Part shown: positions 36,065 to 45,478 of the stretch, piece by piece
Layout: each line of letters begins with the position of its first letter
Position numbering within the stretch: position 1 is the first letter of the stretch
DNA from: Minisyncoccia bacterium
Lineage (GTDB): Bacteria; Patescibacteriota; Minisyncoccia; Phycocordibacterales; Phycocordibacteraceae
DNA length: 64,000 nucleotides
Direction of reading: 5' to 3'
Assembly (NCBI GenBank): GCA_038212075.1
Contig: JBBQUV010000002.1
Coordinates: forward strand, 7,343-71,342
Notes under the pieces: model-generated
Database searches by the model: none
What the model was told of the DNA's origin: nothing
The model's input: the letters and a program-made list of their open reading frames with translations, nothing else
Translations under genes and position numbers: made by a program

Positions 36065-37747
36065 CTACTGTGTTCTTGTTGCGGAAAGACGGGCGAGAAG
36101 TACGGAGAATGCGGTTTCGTCGCGAGCAATGACCAACGTGTTTTGGTCGCGGTATCCGTACAGGAAGAGTGTTTTTCCATTTGCATCTTTGTATGCTCGC
36201 ACGTCGTGGCTGTCGACAACTTCGTCGACAAAGTGCGCGCGTCCAATGCCGGCAGGAACGAGTGGTGGAGGCAGTGGTTGTGTGGTGCTTGCTGTGGTTG
36301 TGCCGATTACCATCGCTGTTTGCGGATAGGGTGGGTAAAGTGGCGCGAAGTCGCTCCCCATAGTTGCTTCCCACGAAAGCATTCCCGCGAAGGTGCGTTC
36401 ATAGGATGTTGCGGCGAGTACAAAAAATACGCGCGTTTCATCGCCTGCGTGTACGACACCAACAGTGCTGTTATCACCGATATTGCGAAGCAAAATGTCT
36501 GGCGTGGAAAGGTTCAGTGCCTTTATGAGGGTGCCACCTCCAACGGTTGATGTTGCTGATACCGCAAGATACAACACACGCACTGTTCCAATTGGTGTTG
36601 CGGTGTTTTCTGCGTCACGAAGTGCAGTAACCAGTGAACCGCCCTGTCCGGAAATGGTCGCCGACTCATCTCCAGCAATAAGTGTTGGAGGAGCATTGGT
36701 AATGATGGAAATAGGCTGTGTTCCCGTAAAGAAGGTATAGCTGTAGTACAAAAGAAGTGACCCGCCAATAAAGAGCGCCGCTCCGCCAAGCATGTATGCA
36801 AGCCCAAGGTTTTGTTTTGGTGCTTCTACACTTTGCGGCTGTAGGGCTCCTCCCGCGTCTGCTTGCGCGGCGTACACAGAAAATCCCGATGACTGTTGCC
36901 GATTTAGTTTGTTAGAAAAATCATCGGTATAGGTTCGAAGGCGTTCTGGTTCTTGTACAGCAACTACCGGAGCGAGTTTTTGTATAGGGGCAGGCGGGGG
37001 TGTGTATACCGGCACCGCTTCTGGTTTTGGTGCGGGGAAGACTGGCGGCGGAGGGAGGTTCTGTTTTTTATATGTGTCCACTTTTGTGCGCAAGCGCGCC
37101 AACACCACTTCACGCTCCTCGACATCGTTTTTTGCTTCTTCGGGTGGTTTGAATGTCGGCGCAAACACTTCCACTGCTTCTGGTGCGCGCGGTTTTTGCC
37201 ACACGGGTGCGGTAACTGGTATATAACTTTGCTGTACCGGAGGTGTCGTCGTCGGCATGCCGAAAATAAACGCAAAGAGCTTTGACGTGAACGAAAGTTT
37301 TTTTCTTGTTGCTGGGCCTTCCCACTCTCTGGGTGTTGTTGCTTCTGTCGCGGCTAACTGTATTGGCGGTTTTGTTGGCACCGGCAAGTTTTTCTTTGTA
37401 AGTTGCGGTAGATGTGGCGCTTCAATGATTGGTTCAGAAGCGGACATCTTTGCTACGGTTTCAGATAGTGAAGGACGAAGCGGTTTAGGTGGTGGAGGCG
37501 CCGGCGCCGGTTGAATGGAAACCGGTGGTGGGGTTGGGGCAATAGGTTTTGGAGGAGCCTGTACGACAGTTTGAGGCACCGGCGCAACCACTGGTGCTGG
37601 AGCACCAGTGAGTGTTGCAACATCATCGGCGTAGGTGCGCACTACTCGTTTTGGGTTTGTGGGGAAGGTTCGTTCTTGTATTGTCACACCCACTTCACTT
37701 GCGAGTGTTTTTGGTTGGACGATGGGTTGAGTATCTGCCATGAGCAA
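36065..37747 (-). CDS. Proline-rich membrane-associated hypothetical protein.
   Basis: 560 aa. Long PxxP/AP-rich low-complexity N-terminal half, one TM segment (LGLAYMLGGAALFIGGSLLLYY) and a globular C-terminal domain. Confidence 0.45.
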   Translation of the reverse strand: MLMADTQPIVQPKTLASEVGVTIQERTFPTNPKRVVRTYADDVATLTGAPAPVVAPVPQTVVQAPPKPIAPTPPPVSIQPAPAPPPPKPLRPSLSETVAKMSASEPIIEAPHLPQLTKKNLPVPTKPPIQLAATEATTPREWEGPATRKKLSFTSKLFAFIFGMPTTTPPVQQSYIPVTAPVWQKPRAPEAVEVFAPTFKPPEEAKNDVEEREVVLARLRTKVDTYKKQNLPPPPVFPAPKPEAVPVYTPPPAPIQKLAPVVAVQEPERLRTYTDDFSNKLNRQQSSGFSVYAAQADAGGALQPQSVEAPKQNLGLAYMLGGAALFIGGSLLLYYSYTFFTGTQPISIITNAPPTLIAGDESATISGQGGSLVTALRDAENTATPIGTVRVLYLAVSATSTVGGGTLIKALNLSTPDILLRNIGDNSTVGVVHAGDETRVFFVLAATSYERTFAGMLSWEATMGSDFAPLYPPYPQTAMVIGTTTASTTQPLPPPLVPAGIGRAHFVDEVVDSHDVRAYKDANGKTLFLYGYRDQNTLVIARDETAFSVLLARLSATRTQ

Positions 37748-37799
37748 TTCCCTTTCATTCTACCCCACGAACTTACTGTTTTTTCTTTACTGCGAACAA

Positions 37800-39035
37800 T
37801 TAGGCCGTATGCGCGTGATGCGAGCGTTTCATAAAGACAAATAACACAGACCATCCAAAAATCATAAGCACTCCGGCAGTGAAAAATGGTGCAGAAAGTC
37901 CAATAATACCGGCGCCCACACCAGCCACGACGGGCACCACACCTTGGGATAATGCGAGGAGTGAGCTGTTTATACCAAGTGCCGCACCTTGGCGTTCAGG
38001 TGACACGCTTTTACTAATGAGCGCAGTGGTGTTTGCAGTGGTAAGACCGATAGGAATAGAGATAAGTGGTGCAAGCGCAAACAATATAAGCACGTTCGGC
38101 ACAAAGGGATAGGTGAGAATACCGGCCGCCGTGACAAGCATTGAATAACGAAGAATGGCGCGTTCACTAAAACGGTGCGCGAGTGCACGCAATATAAATA
38201 GTTGGGTCACGACAATACCTGCACCCACGACACCAAAGAATGAACCAACGCCACTTTCAGAGAGCGAAAATTTCCCAACCAAAAATATACCGATAAATGA
38301 AGTGAAGAAAGCAAATCCGCACATATACAGAAAATTCGCGAGATAGATGGGGCGTGCTTCCCTGTCACGGAATGCCGCTTGAATATTGTGAATGCCTTTC
38401 AAGATATGGAATTTGTGTTCGGAACGGCGGTGTTTATGTGTTTCGGGAAGAAAGAGTGATACCGAAAGCACATTCAGTGTGCCAAGCGCGGCAGCAAACC
38501 AAAATGGCGCGGCGGCACTTCCGGTGAATCCAGCAATCCAGCCAGAAAGAAGTGGCCCTAAAATAAAACCGATACCAAATGCCGCCCCAACAAGTCCGAA
38601 GTTTTTCGCACGATCCTTTGGCTCACTTACGTCTGCAATTGCTGCCTGCACGATAGCAAAGTTTGCCGCGGCAATACCGGCAACGGTGCGTGCGACAAAA
38701 AGAAGTAGTACCGAACCAATACTGATACCAAAACCGAAGGTAAGCTGGGAGAGCGCAAGTACGCCAACACCAAGCGTAAGAAGCTTCTTTCGTCCGTATA
38801 CGTCAGAAAGCTCACCAAGTATCGGTGACATCACAAATTGCATTAAACCGAAAAGTGCGGTTATAAGTCCAGCAAGGAAATACCACGTTGACGGTGGGTA
38901 GCCGGTAAGCAAGAAGTCGGGCGAAGCTGGGTTTGTGAAAATGGTTGGGATAATCGGGATCACCATACCGATACCAACAGTGTCGAGAAGAAGTGTCGCG
39001 AACAGTATAAAAAGAATGTATCTACCGCTACGCAT
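37800..39035 (-). CDS. MFS transporter (DHA/TetA-like).
   Basis: 411 aa with 12 predicted TM. MFS motif A GELSDVYGRKKLL. Confidence 0.85.
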   Translation of the reverse strand: MRSGRYILFILFATLLLDTVGIGMVIPIIPTIFTNPASPDFLLTGYPPSTWYFLAGLITALFGLMQFVMSPILGELSDVYGRKKLLTLGVGVLALSQLTFGFGISIGSVLLLFVARTVAGIAAANFAIVQAAIADVSEPKDRAKNFGLVGAAFGIGFILGPLLSGWIAGFTGSAAAPFWFAAALGTLNVLSVSLFLPETHKHRRSEHKFHILKGIHNIQAAFRDREARPIYLANFLYMCGFAFFTSFIGIFLVGKFSLSESGVGSFFGVVGAGIVVTQLFILRALAHRFSERAILRYSMLVTAAGILTYPFVPNVLILFALAPLISIPIGLTTANTTALISKSVSPERQGAALGINSSLLALSQGVVPVVAGVGAGIIGLSAPFFTAGVLMIFGWSVLFVFMKRSHHAHTA

Positions 39036-39068
39036 AGAAAACTATCCTAACACAAACGACCATAATCC

Positions 39069-39617
39069 TCAGTTAAGGATATATTCCCATCCCGGTTTCC
39101 ACGCTTTTGTTTTTCGCCAATCTTCCGCAAGCGCTTGTCTCCACGTTTTATGGTTCAGTAATACGTCGAGAGAAAGTTGGGGCGCCTTATGGCCAACTAT
39201 GGCCACATGCTTTTCGTTATACTTTTTTCTCAAAAACAGTAGGAAATCAGAAACACGAACCTTAACATCATCGTAGCTCTCCCCTCCGGGGAACGCCTTG
39301 GTAATACACTCCTCTTCCTGCATAGGCTCTACTATTGTAGACAGAGCACCATTTAGCTCGCCATAGTTACACTCTCGCAATCGAGCATCAGGAATAATGG
39401 GATACACTCCATCCCACGCCAACTTCGCGGATGTGAAAGCACGCTGTAAATCGGAACAAAAAACGACATCGAATTTCAAATTCCTAGTCTGTTCTCTCAG
39501 ACCGACGGATTGTTTTATTCCAAGTTCGGAAAGCGCAACATCTTTCCACCCTGAAGATACACCCTGCTCGTTATCGATTGTTGTTCCGTGTACAAAATAC
39601 GTTATGTGTACCGACAT
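39069..39617 (-). CDS. Histidine phosphatase superfamily protein (phosphoglycerate-mutase-like).
   Basis: YFVHGTTIDNEQG in place of the RHGxTxxN motif, CSDLQRAFTSA, and a C-terminal GHKAP in the catalytic His region. Confidence 0.6.
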   Translation of the reverse strand: MSVHITYFVHGTTIDNEQGVSSGWKDVALSELGIKQSVGLREQTRNLKFDVVFCSDLQRAFTSAKLAWDGVYPIIPDARLRECNYGELNGALSTIVEPMQEEECITKAFPGGESYDDVKVRVSDFLLFLRKKYNEKHVAIVGHKAPQLSLDVLLNHKTWRQALAEDWRKTKAWKPGWEYILN

Positions 39618-39620
39618 AGG

Positions 39621-40226
39621 CTATGCAAAGTATGCTCTCAATTTCTGGTAATCGCTGAATACTTCGTTTTGAAGCTTCGGGTACGCGATTTTATTTTGGA
39701 AATCCCTATCAATTTTTGGCAGTGCCCAAGCGGAAATTTCTTCTCGCGTCTGGGATGCTTTCCTCCTTGTTTCTGCGTGTTGATAAAAATCAGTTTGCAA
39801 ATGCATTACCGCGTCTCCTGCCGCCATAGCTTTCCCTTCTAGAGTTTCAGGACGTACATCCCCACGACAGCTGTGTTTTGCGATAGCATCATCCACAACG
39901 ATCGCTATTTCTTCATCGGTAAAATGTGATGCCCGTAAAAAGTCGCGCGCGATTTCAAAACTTTTTTGTACATGTTCTGGATTTTCTCGTTTCATCACTG
40001 CATCTGCAACGTCGTGTAAAAGACCGGCTGCGGCGGCAAGTTCTGGATTGCCTCCGTATTCTTGCGCGATTTTCTTCGCAGATTCTGCGACAGGTAATAC
40101 ATGTCCTTCATATATCCAGTCTGCCCATTCAGCACGATCCGGATGTTTTGCTTGGTAGAGTTCTTCCACTCGAGGTTTCAACTGGTTAAATTTTTCCATT
40201 GATACTGTTTTCTCGTATTTTTCCAT
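39621..40226 (-). CDS. HD-domain phosphohydrolase.
   Basis: H...HD motif (GLLHDVAD) in a helical protein. Confidence 0.65.
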   Translation of the reverse strand: MEKYEKTVSMEKFNQLKPRVEELYQAKHPDRAEWADWIYEGHVLPVAESAKKIAQEYGGNPELAAAAGLLHDVADAVMKRENPEHVQKSFEIARDFLRASHFTDEEIAIVVDDAIAKHSCRGDVRPETLEGKAMAAGDAVMHLQTDFYQHAETRRKASQTREEISAWALPKIDRDFQNKIAYPKLQNEVFSDYQKLRAYFA

Positions 40227-40232
40227 AGATGG

Positions 40233-40871
40233 TTACCCAACAAGGAGGTGAAATACGTAATTCACCAGAAGTGAAAATGGACCGACAAAGAAAATGGAAA
40301 AGACGACGAGAACGAGAATTAGTCCAACAATGCCGCCTTGTTTAATACGGTCGTCAAAGTCGCGCAGGTAGGTTGCAAAACGGTACGGAAGAATACCGCG
40401 AAGGGTTGTGTACCCGTCAAGTGGTGGAAGTGGAATGAGATTAAACAAACCAAGGAATAGATTCACAAATGCCGCTACTGCGGCGATTTGAATAAACGGA
40501 TCAGGAAGCGTTCCGGCTCCAAAGCGCACCGCAAGGCCAAGCACGAGCGCAAGAAAAAGATTGGTTGCAGGACCAGCCGCGGCTACCATAGCCTCACCCC
40601 ATCGTTGATTTTTTAAATTGTAGGGGTTATAGGGCACTGGTTTTGCCCACCCGAAGAGAATCCCTGCGTTACTAAACACCAGAAATGCAGGTACAAGAAT
40701 AGAGCCGACAGGGTCAATATGCTTTAGTGGGTTTAAAGTCAGACGTCCTTCAAGTCGGGCGGTCGGGTCGCCAAGTGAATGCGCGGCGTATCCGTGGGCA
40801 ACTTCGTGAATAACAATAGAGAAAATAAGGATGGCGAGCTCGAAGGCGATCATGAGTGGGTCGGTTTGCAT
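40233..40871 (-). CDS. M50-family (site-2 protease-like) membrane zinc metalloprotease.
   Basis: HEVAHGYAAH (HExxH) lies within a TM helix. Multi-TM, 212 aa. Confidence 0.75.
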   Translation of the reverse strand: MQTDPLMIAFELAILIFSIVIHEVAHGYAAHSLGDPTARLEGRLTLNPLKHIDPVGSILVPAFLVFSNAGILFGWAKPVPYNPYNLKNQRWGEAMVAAAGPATNLFLALVLGLAVRFGAGTLPDPFIQIAAVAAFVNLFLGLFNLIPLPPLDGYTTLRGILPYRFATYLRDFDDRIKQGGIVGLILVLVVFSIFFVGPFSLLVNYVFHLLVG

Positions 40872-40904
40872 GGCTAGAGGTTATTGTGCTAGCATGCGGG
40901 AACT

Positions 40905-41147
40905 ATGGCAAGGGAATGCGCAATCACAGGCAAAACGACTCAGATAGGTGGGCGGTACTCCAACCGTACCCGTGCAACCCAATTTAATCCAACAGGAAAG
41001 GTTCGCCGTAAGGCAAATCTTCAGAAACGCCGTATTTTCGTTCCAGAAATCAACAAGACTATTATCGTTGACCTTTCGGTAAAGGGACTTCGCGAAATCA
41101 AGAAGAACGGCGCCTTCGCCACCCTAAAGAAAGCAGGCGTTATTTAA
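40905..41147 (+). CDS. rpmB: 50S ribosomal protein L28.
   Basis: 80 aa, MARECAITGKTTQIGGRYSNRTRATQ... Confidence 0.8.
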   Translation: MARECAITGKTTQIGGRYSNRTRATQFNPTGKVRRKANLQKRRIFVPEINKTIIVDLSVKGLREIKKNGAFATLKKAGVI

Positions 41148-41155
41148 GGCTTATG

Positions 41156-41182
41156 AAAAACCCCGCGAAAGCGGGGTTTTTC
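41156..41182. terminator. Bidirectional hairpin terminator (AAAAACCCCGC-GAAA-GCGGGGTTTTT) between rpmB and the convergent ComEC-MBL gene.
   Basis: Read from the sequence. Confidence 0.65.
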
Positions 41183-42056
41183 ATTTGAGTACCACGCTCG
41201 TACCGTCGCTCACAAAATCCAGTGTGCCGCGGTCTATTGTGGAGTAGATGGTCGCTCCTTCGTTTTTAATACGAGAGATGGCTTCTGGAGCAGGATGCCC
41301 GTAGGAGTTATGGGCTCCCGCTGAAATAGCGACAACTGATGGGTGTACTGCAGAAAGCCACGCGTCACTACTTGAGTTCTTGGAACCGTGATGCCCTGCT
41401 TTCAACACGTCACTTTGTAAATTGCCGTCCTTACCATCTAAACGCACAAGCCAACCCTCCTGTTCGGAAGGTAAGTCACCCGTGAGCATAAAAGACGTAG
41501 ACCCGTACACCACATGAAGAACCACAGAGCCGCTGTTTGTTTCCATTTTTGAAACATCGCGATCCGGGTAGAGCACATCGGCATACGCTCCCCCACCCAA
41601 ATTGAGCCGCATACCACGTCGCGCTATAACACGCGTAATACCTGGCTCTGCTTTAGCCGCCGCAAGTACCGCAGTAGTTGCCGCGGTGGTGTTTGGAATA
41701 CCAGGCTCCATAAAGTACGAAACGGCATAGCGGCTAAATACCGAAGGTAGCCCGCCAATGTGGTCTTTATCAGGATGTGTTTCAACCAGCATATCTATAG
41801 AGTGGTCAAAAAGACCAAGTTCCCTTCCAAGCGGCGTGAGCACCACACTACTTGGTCCGCCATCCACGAGTACCTGCACGCCTGTCGGGCTTTCTATCAA
41901 AATGGAATCCCCTTGCCCAATATCAAGTATGGAAACATGCAGTTCGTGGGGGTGGGCAGAAAAAAGTGCCGAAAACACCGCAATATTCAGCCATACCAAA
42001 AATGCAAAAATAAGATGGGGTATGTACGGGCGCATAGACTCTATAGTACTTGGCAC
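41181..42056 (-). CDS. ComEC/Rec2-type metallo-beta-lactamase domain protein, encoded apart from the ComEC channel gene.
   Basis: N-terminal TM, ILDIGQGDSILIE and HPDKDH (the HxHxDH-like MBL motif). The domain is typical of ComEC C-termini. Confidence 0.7.
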   Translation of the reverse strand: MPSTIESMRPYIPHLIFAFLVWLNIAVFSALFSAHPHELHVSILDIGQGDSILIESPTGVQVLVDGGPSSVVLTPLGRELGLFDHSIDMLVETHPDKDHIGGLPSVFSRYAVSYFMEPGIPNTTAATTAVLAAAKAEPGITRVIARRGMRLNLGGGAYADVLYPDRDVSKMETNSGSVVLHVVYGSTSFMLTGDLPSEQEGWLVRLDGKDGNLQSDVLKAGHHGSKNSSSDAWLSAVHPSVVAISAGAHNSYGHPAPEAISRIKNEGATIYSTIDRGTLDFVSDGTSVVLK

Positions 42057-42126
42057 ATAGGGGATATTTGCCTTTATATAATCTATATGTTATAATCATG
42101 TGGGGTAATACGCCGCGCGTGCGGTA

Positions 42127-42339
42127 ATGGCGGAGACCAACATGGAGTTTGCAAGAAGAATTGATGTCCTCCGGCGAGGACGAAGACCTAGAGGTAGGCC
42201 TTTGTTGTGGATAGACGCAAAAACGCGCACCGCAATGAAGGTCTTGTCCCCTCGGGAACAAGGTCTCGCCGAAGCACTTATACTCGTGACGGCGCAAACA
42301 CGCGCCGAACACGAGAAACCGACTTCGCTCGTCAATTAA
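42127..42339 (+). CDS. Possible small arginine-rich protein, or part of an ncRNA, in a 355-nt intergenic region.
   Basis: Upstream lie a TATAAT-like element and an AT-rich tract. A GGAG precedes an internal ATG (MEFARR...). The bidirectional terminator at about 42358-42388 follows. No homology evidence. Confidence 0.25.
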   Translation: MAETNMEFARRIDVLRRGRRPRGRPLLWIDAKTRTAMKVLSPREQGLAEALILVTAQTRAEHEKPTSLVN

Positions 42340-42357
42340 GTCGACGAGCAGAAATCG

Positions 42358-42388
42358 GAAAAGGGTATCCTCGCGGATACCCTTTTTC
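42358..42388. terminator. Bidirectional hairpin terminator (AAAAGGGTATCC-TCGC-GGATACCCTTTTT).
   Basis: Read from the sequence. It serves the convergent minus-strand gene 42413..42901. Confidence 0.6.
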
Positions 42389-42412
42389 GCATTTCACTAC
42401 CGTGTGCGTCGT

Positions 42413-42901
42413 TTACATTGAAACGTGCGCTTCCCCACCAGCTCCCTTCTCTTTTCCGATAGCGTCGCGTGCCTCAACGCTGTTGCCAGCATTGGCTATA
42501 AGGGCACCGCTTGCGTCAACAATAGGTACTTTCTCCCGTACGCTCTCGGTAAACCCGAGTGCATTTTTGATATTGGTATCAAATTCAGGAGAAGCGACCA
42601 TTTCCATCGTAAGCGGCTGACCTTTCAATTCTGCATCCTTTATGACAAAGGCAACGGCACGAGTAACCTCACTCTCGGTGAACTTGCCACCTGCCGCTTC
42701 GTGAACCTTTTCTGCTACGGCGTTTGAAACCGCGCTTGGCTCTACGTCATCTGACTCCGCCCGAGCTCCTCCTGTAAACATTTTGTTGAGATTGAACATA
42801 TTTTTATAGTTGAGGTGTACAGGGGTAGTATCGCACGAGGCATACCACCTGCAAGTCGGGTTTTGCATAGGTGCTGTGGTAGAGTTCTGGACATATGACA
42901 T
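42413..42901 (-). CDS. Hypothetical protein, possibly Asp23/Gls24-like.
   Basis: The 162-aa ORF overlaps the sodA start by a few nt. The resemblance to the Asp23 family is weak, and the true start may be internal (MFNLNKMF...). Confidence 0.3.
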   Translation of the reverse strand: MSYVQNSTTAPMQNPTCRWYASCDTTPVHLNYKNMFNLNKMFTGGARAESDDVEPSAVSNAVAEKVHEAAGGKFTESEVTRAVAFVIKDAELKGQPLTMEMVASPEFDTNIKNALGFTESVREKVPIVDASGALIANAGNSVEARDAIGKEKGAGGEAHVSM

Positions 42902-43488
42902 ATGAAAAACGAACGTTTACCCTTCCGGAATTGAAGGGCATCTCAAAGAAGCAGATAGACGTGCATCTTGCGCTATACGAAGGCTACGTGAAGCATGTGA
43001 ATTTGATTATGGAGAAAATTGCCGCGATGAAAGAAACAGATGCCGAAGGTAATGCGTACGCTATTGCTGAAGTGCGTCGTCGTCTTGGATTTGAGTTCAA
43101 TGGCATGCGTATGCATGAATATTACTTTGAACAATTTGAGGGTGAAAAAAGTGGAAACCCAGAATCGGGGTTGGCAAAAGCGGCTACAGAAAAATATGGA
43201 AGTGGTGAAAACTTTTTGAAGCACATTCGCGAAGTTTCTGGTTCTCGCGGTATCGGCTGGGTGGTGGTGTATTACGACAGTGTTGGGAAACAGCTTCATA
43301 CGGCGTTTGTGAATGATCACGAACTTGGCACGCTCGCCACGCTTCCCGTTATTCTCGCGCTCGATTTGTGGGAGCATGCGTATATGGTTGATTACGTTCC
43401 TGCAGAAAAAAAGAATTACATTGATGCATTTTTTGAAAATCTTAATTGGAGCGTGTGCGAAGCACGCTTTGAAAAAGCAGTTGCATAA
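42895..43488 (+). CDS. sodA: Fe/Mn superoxide dismutase.
   Basis: Metal ligands and DLWEHAYMVDY (the DxWEHAYY signature), 197 aa. Confidence 0.9.
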   Translation: MTYEKRTFTLPELKGISKKQIDVHLALYEGYVKHVNLIMEKIAAMKETDAEGNAYAIAEVRRRLGFEFNGMRMHEYYFEQFEGEKSGNPESGLAKAATEKYGSGENFLKHIREVSGSRGIGWVVVYYDSVGKQLHTAFVNDHELGTLATLPVILALDLWEHAYMVDYVPAEKKNYIDAFFENLNWSVCEARFEKAVA

Positions 43489-43500
43489 CGAATAAAAAGT

Positions 43501-43544
43501 CAGAACATAAAAAGAGTCGCTCACGCGACTCTTTTTATGTTCTG
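43501..43544. terminator. Bidirectional terminator hairpin (CAGAACATAAAAAGAGTCGC-TCAC-GCGACTCTTTTTATGTTCTG). Its right arm overlaps the comEC stop codon.
   Basis: 20-bp stem read from the sequence. Confidence 0.65.
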
Positions 43545-45013
43545 ATTCTCAACGTGCGTGGTTTTGGCAGTCTCTGCAACCGTACGACCCATCGCCACAG
43601 TAGTGCATACATAAGTACGACAAAGAAAAATGAAAACGCGGGGATGATGACGTGTGCAAACGGTAACTGTGCTGAATATATCCCAACCGAAATGATGTAC
43701 GAAAGAAACATAAACGCAGGTATACCGATAAACGGTGCAATCCATGGAATCACCATGCCAACAATCCCAGCGATACATGACAAGAGCATCGTGAAAGGAA
43801 TGACCGGGAGCACCAAAATATTTGCCGGAAGTGAAACGAGTGAAAAATTTCCCGTAAGGTATACGAGAAATGGAAGTACCGCAATTTGTGCGGCAAGGGT
43901 GGTGGCGACGATTTCACGCAGGAACATATTTTTTATAAACAACAAACGCACTTCAACAAGCGGCGTGCCAATGATAAGTCCGAGCGTCGCAAGAAATGAT
44001 AGCTCAAACCCGGGGTCATATACTAGCGAAAACGGATTCCACATAAGCATAACCAACAGCACAAAAAAGAGCGCACGCAGTGCGTTGTACGTGCGGCCAC
44101 TTGCGCGTGCGTAAAGCGCCAGACACGCCATAAGTCCTGCGCGCAGTGCAGATGTTCCGGAACCGGCCGCAACAACAAAGAGCAAGATACTTATTCCTGC
44201 AGATGAAAGTGCGATACGTTTTGGCAAAAATGACAATCCGCGAAGTACTGCTTCGGCGATAATCATGACGTTGTATCCGGAAAGCACCACAATTTGTATG
44301 AGACCGGAAATAGTAAAGGCGTTCACGAGTTCTTTTCCGAGCCCTTGTTTGCCGCCAGTAAGAAGTCCTTCAGCAAGTGCGGCGGAAGGTTCTGGTAACG
44401 CGTTTTCAATACCGTTTGTGAATATATGTTTCGCACGATAGAGCATACCGATGGCACGCGTAAAAAAACCGGACGGTGGCGCAGTGCTTTGTATGTGCGC
44501 GTCTTTAATAAGCGCGAACACGCCGTCTTTCGCCAAAAAGGTATCGTAGGCAAAGGTTCGTCCACCATCGGTTGCAAACGGTTCCGGTTTTAAAAAGGTG
44601 CCCGACACCGTTATAGCTTCGCCATACGATACGCTTGGATAGAGTGGTGCCACGGCAAGAATGAGAGACGTGGCGTCGCCGTACGTAACCATTACTGTGA
44701 CACGTTGGCTCGTCTCACGAATGTCGGGATCAACGGCTATGGTGCCGTGAAGTAGTACGTTGGCACCAACAAGTGGTAGGAATGGGCGAGGCATTGTTTT
44801 TTGCGCAAGCTCCGTGCGAGCAAGTCCAAGACTGAATGCAATGAGAGCGAGCGCGCAGGTTGCAAAGAGTTTTTCTGGGTGTGCGTACCAAAGAATAAAA
44901 AAAGTTCCTGATAACACTGCCACAAACAGAACGCTTCCCCACCCAAGAGCGAGTGTGGAACACGCAATAATACCAAGCGCAAAACCAAGTACAGAAATAA
45001 AGAAGTAGTCCAT
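43535..45013 (-). CDS. comEC: ComEC/Rec2 DNA internalization channel (DUF4131 plus competence domain). It has no attached MBL domain.
   Basis: 492 aa and multi-TM. Competence-domain features (GLLTGGKQGL, SGLIQIVVLSGYNVMII). Confidence 0.75.
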   Translation of the reverse strand: MDYFFISVLGFALGIIACSTLALGWGSVLFVAVLSGTFFILWYAHPEKLFATCALALIAFSLGLARTELAQKTMPRPFLPLVGANVLLHGTIAVDPDIRETSQRVTVMVTYGDATSLILAVAPLYPSVSYGEAITVSGTFLKPEPFATDGGRTFAYDTFLAKDGVFALIKDAHIQSTAPPSGFFTRAIGMLYRAKHIFTNGIENALPEPSAALAEGLLTGGKQGLGKELVNAFTISGLIQIVVLSGYNVMIIAEAVLRGLSFLPKRIALSSAGISILLFVVAAGSGTSALRAGLMACLALYARASGRTYNALRALFFVLLVMLMWNPFSLVYDPGFELSFLATLGLIIGTPLVEVRLLFIKNMFLREIVATTLAAQIAVLPFLVYLTGNFSLVSLPANILVLPVIPFTMLLSCIAGIVGMVIPWIAPFIGIPAFMFLSYIISVGIYSAQLPFAHVIIPAFSFFFVVLMYALLWRWVVRLQRLPKPRTLRIRT

Positions 45014-45039
45014 GCAAGCGAACTACCATTCAGTATAAA

Positions 45040-45456
45040 TTATGTTCCTCGGTCCATTGCTTTGTTTGCAAGCGCGTCGGCGTCTTTATTTTTTTCGCGA
45101 GGAATGTGTGTGAAGGTTACCTTTTGGAAACAAGGAATCATTTCTTTTACGCGTGCGGCAAGCGGCTTCAGGTTTGGATGTTTTATTTTATAGTTGCCTT
45201 TCATTTGTTCCACAACCAGTTTGCTATCCATTTCCACATCCACCGTCGCTGTTTTTGCTTCAACGCCAAGACGCAAAAGTAACAGCTCAATCCCCCGCAC
45301 AATCGCGGTATACTCGGCGACGTTGTTGGTTGTGTGTCCCAAAAAATCCGCCACTTCGCCAATAACAGTGCCGTCGTTGTCGCGAATGACCGCGCCAGCA
45401 CCGGCTGGCCCCGGGTTTCCGCGTGAACCACCGTCAGCATGAATAGTAAATCTCAT
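45040..45456 (-). CDS. rnhA: Ribonuclease HI-like protein.
   Basis: MRFTIHADGGSRGNPGPAGAGAVIRD... The RNase H fold keeps its catalytic D/E/D residues. The likely start is the internal Met at about 45456. Confidence 0.65.
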   Translation of the reverse strand: MRFTIHADGGSRGNPGPAGAGAVIRDNDGTVIGEVADFLGHTTNNVAEYTAIVRGIELLLLRLGVEAKTATVDVEMDSKLVVEQMKGNYKIKHPNLKPLAARVKEMIPCFQKVTFTHIPREKNKDADALANKAMDRGT

Positions 45457-45478
45457 AGAGTAATCATACGCGCAGTTC

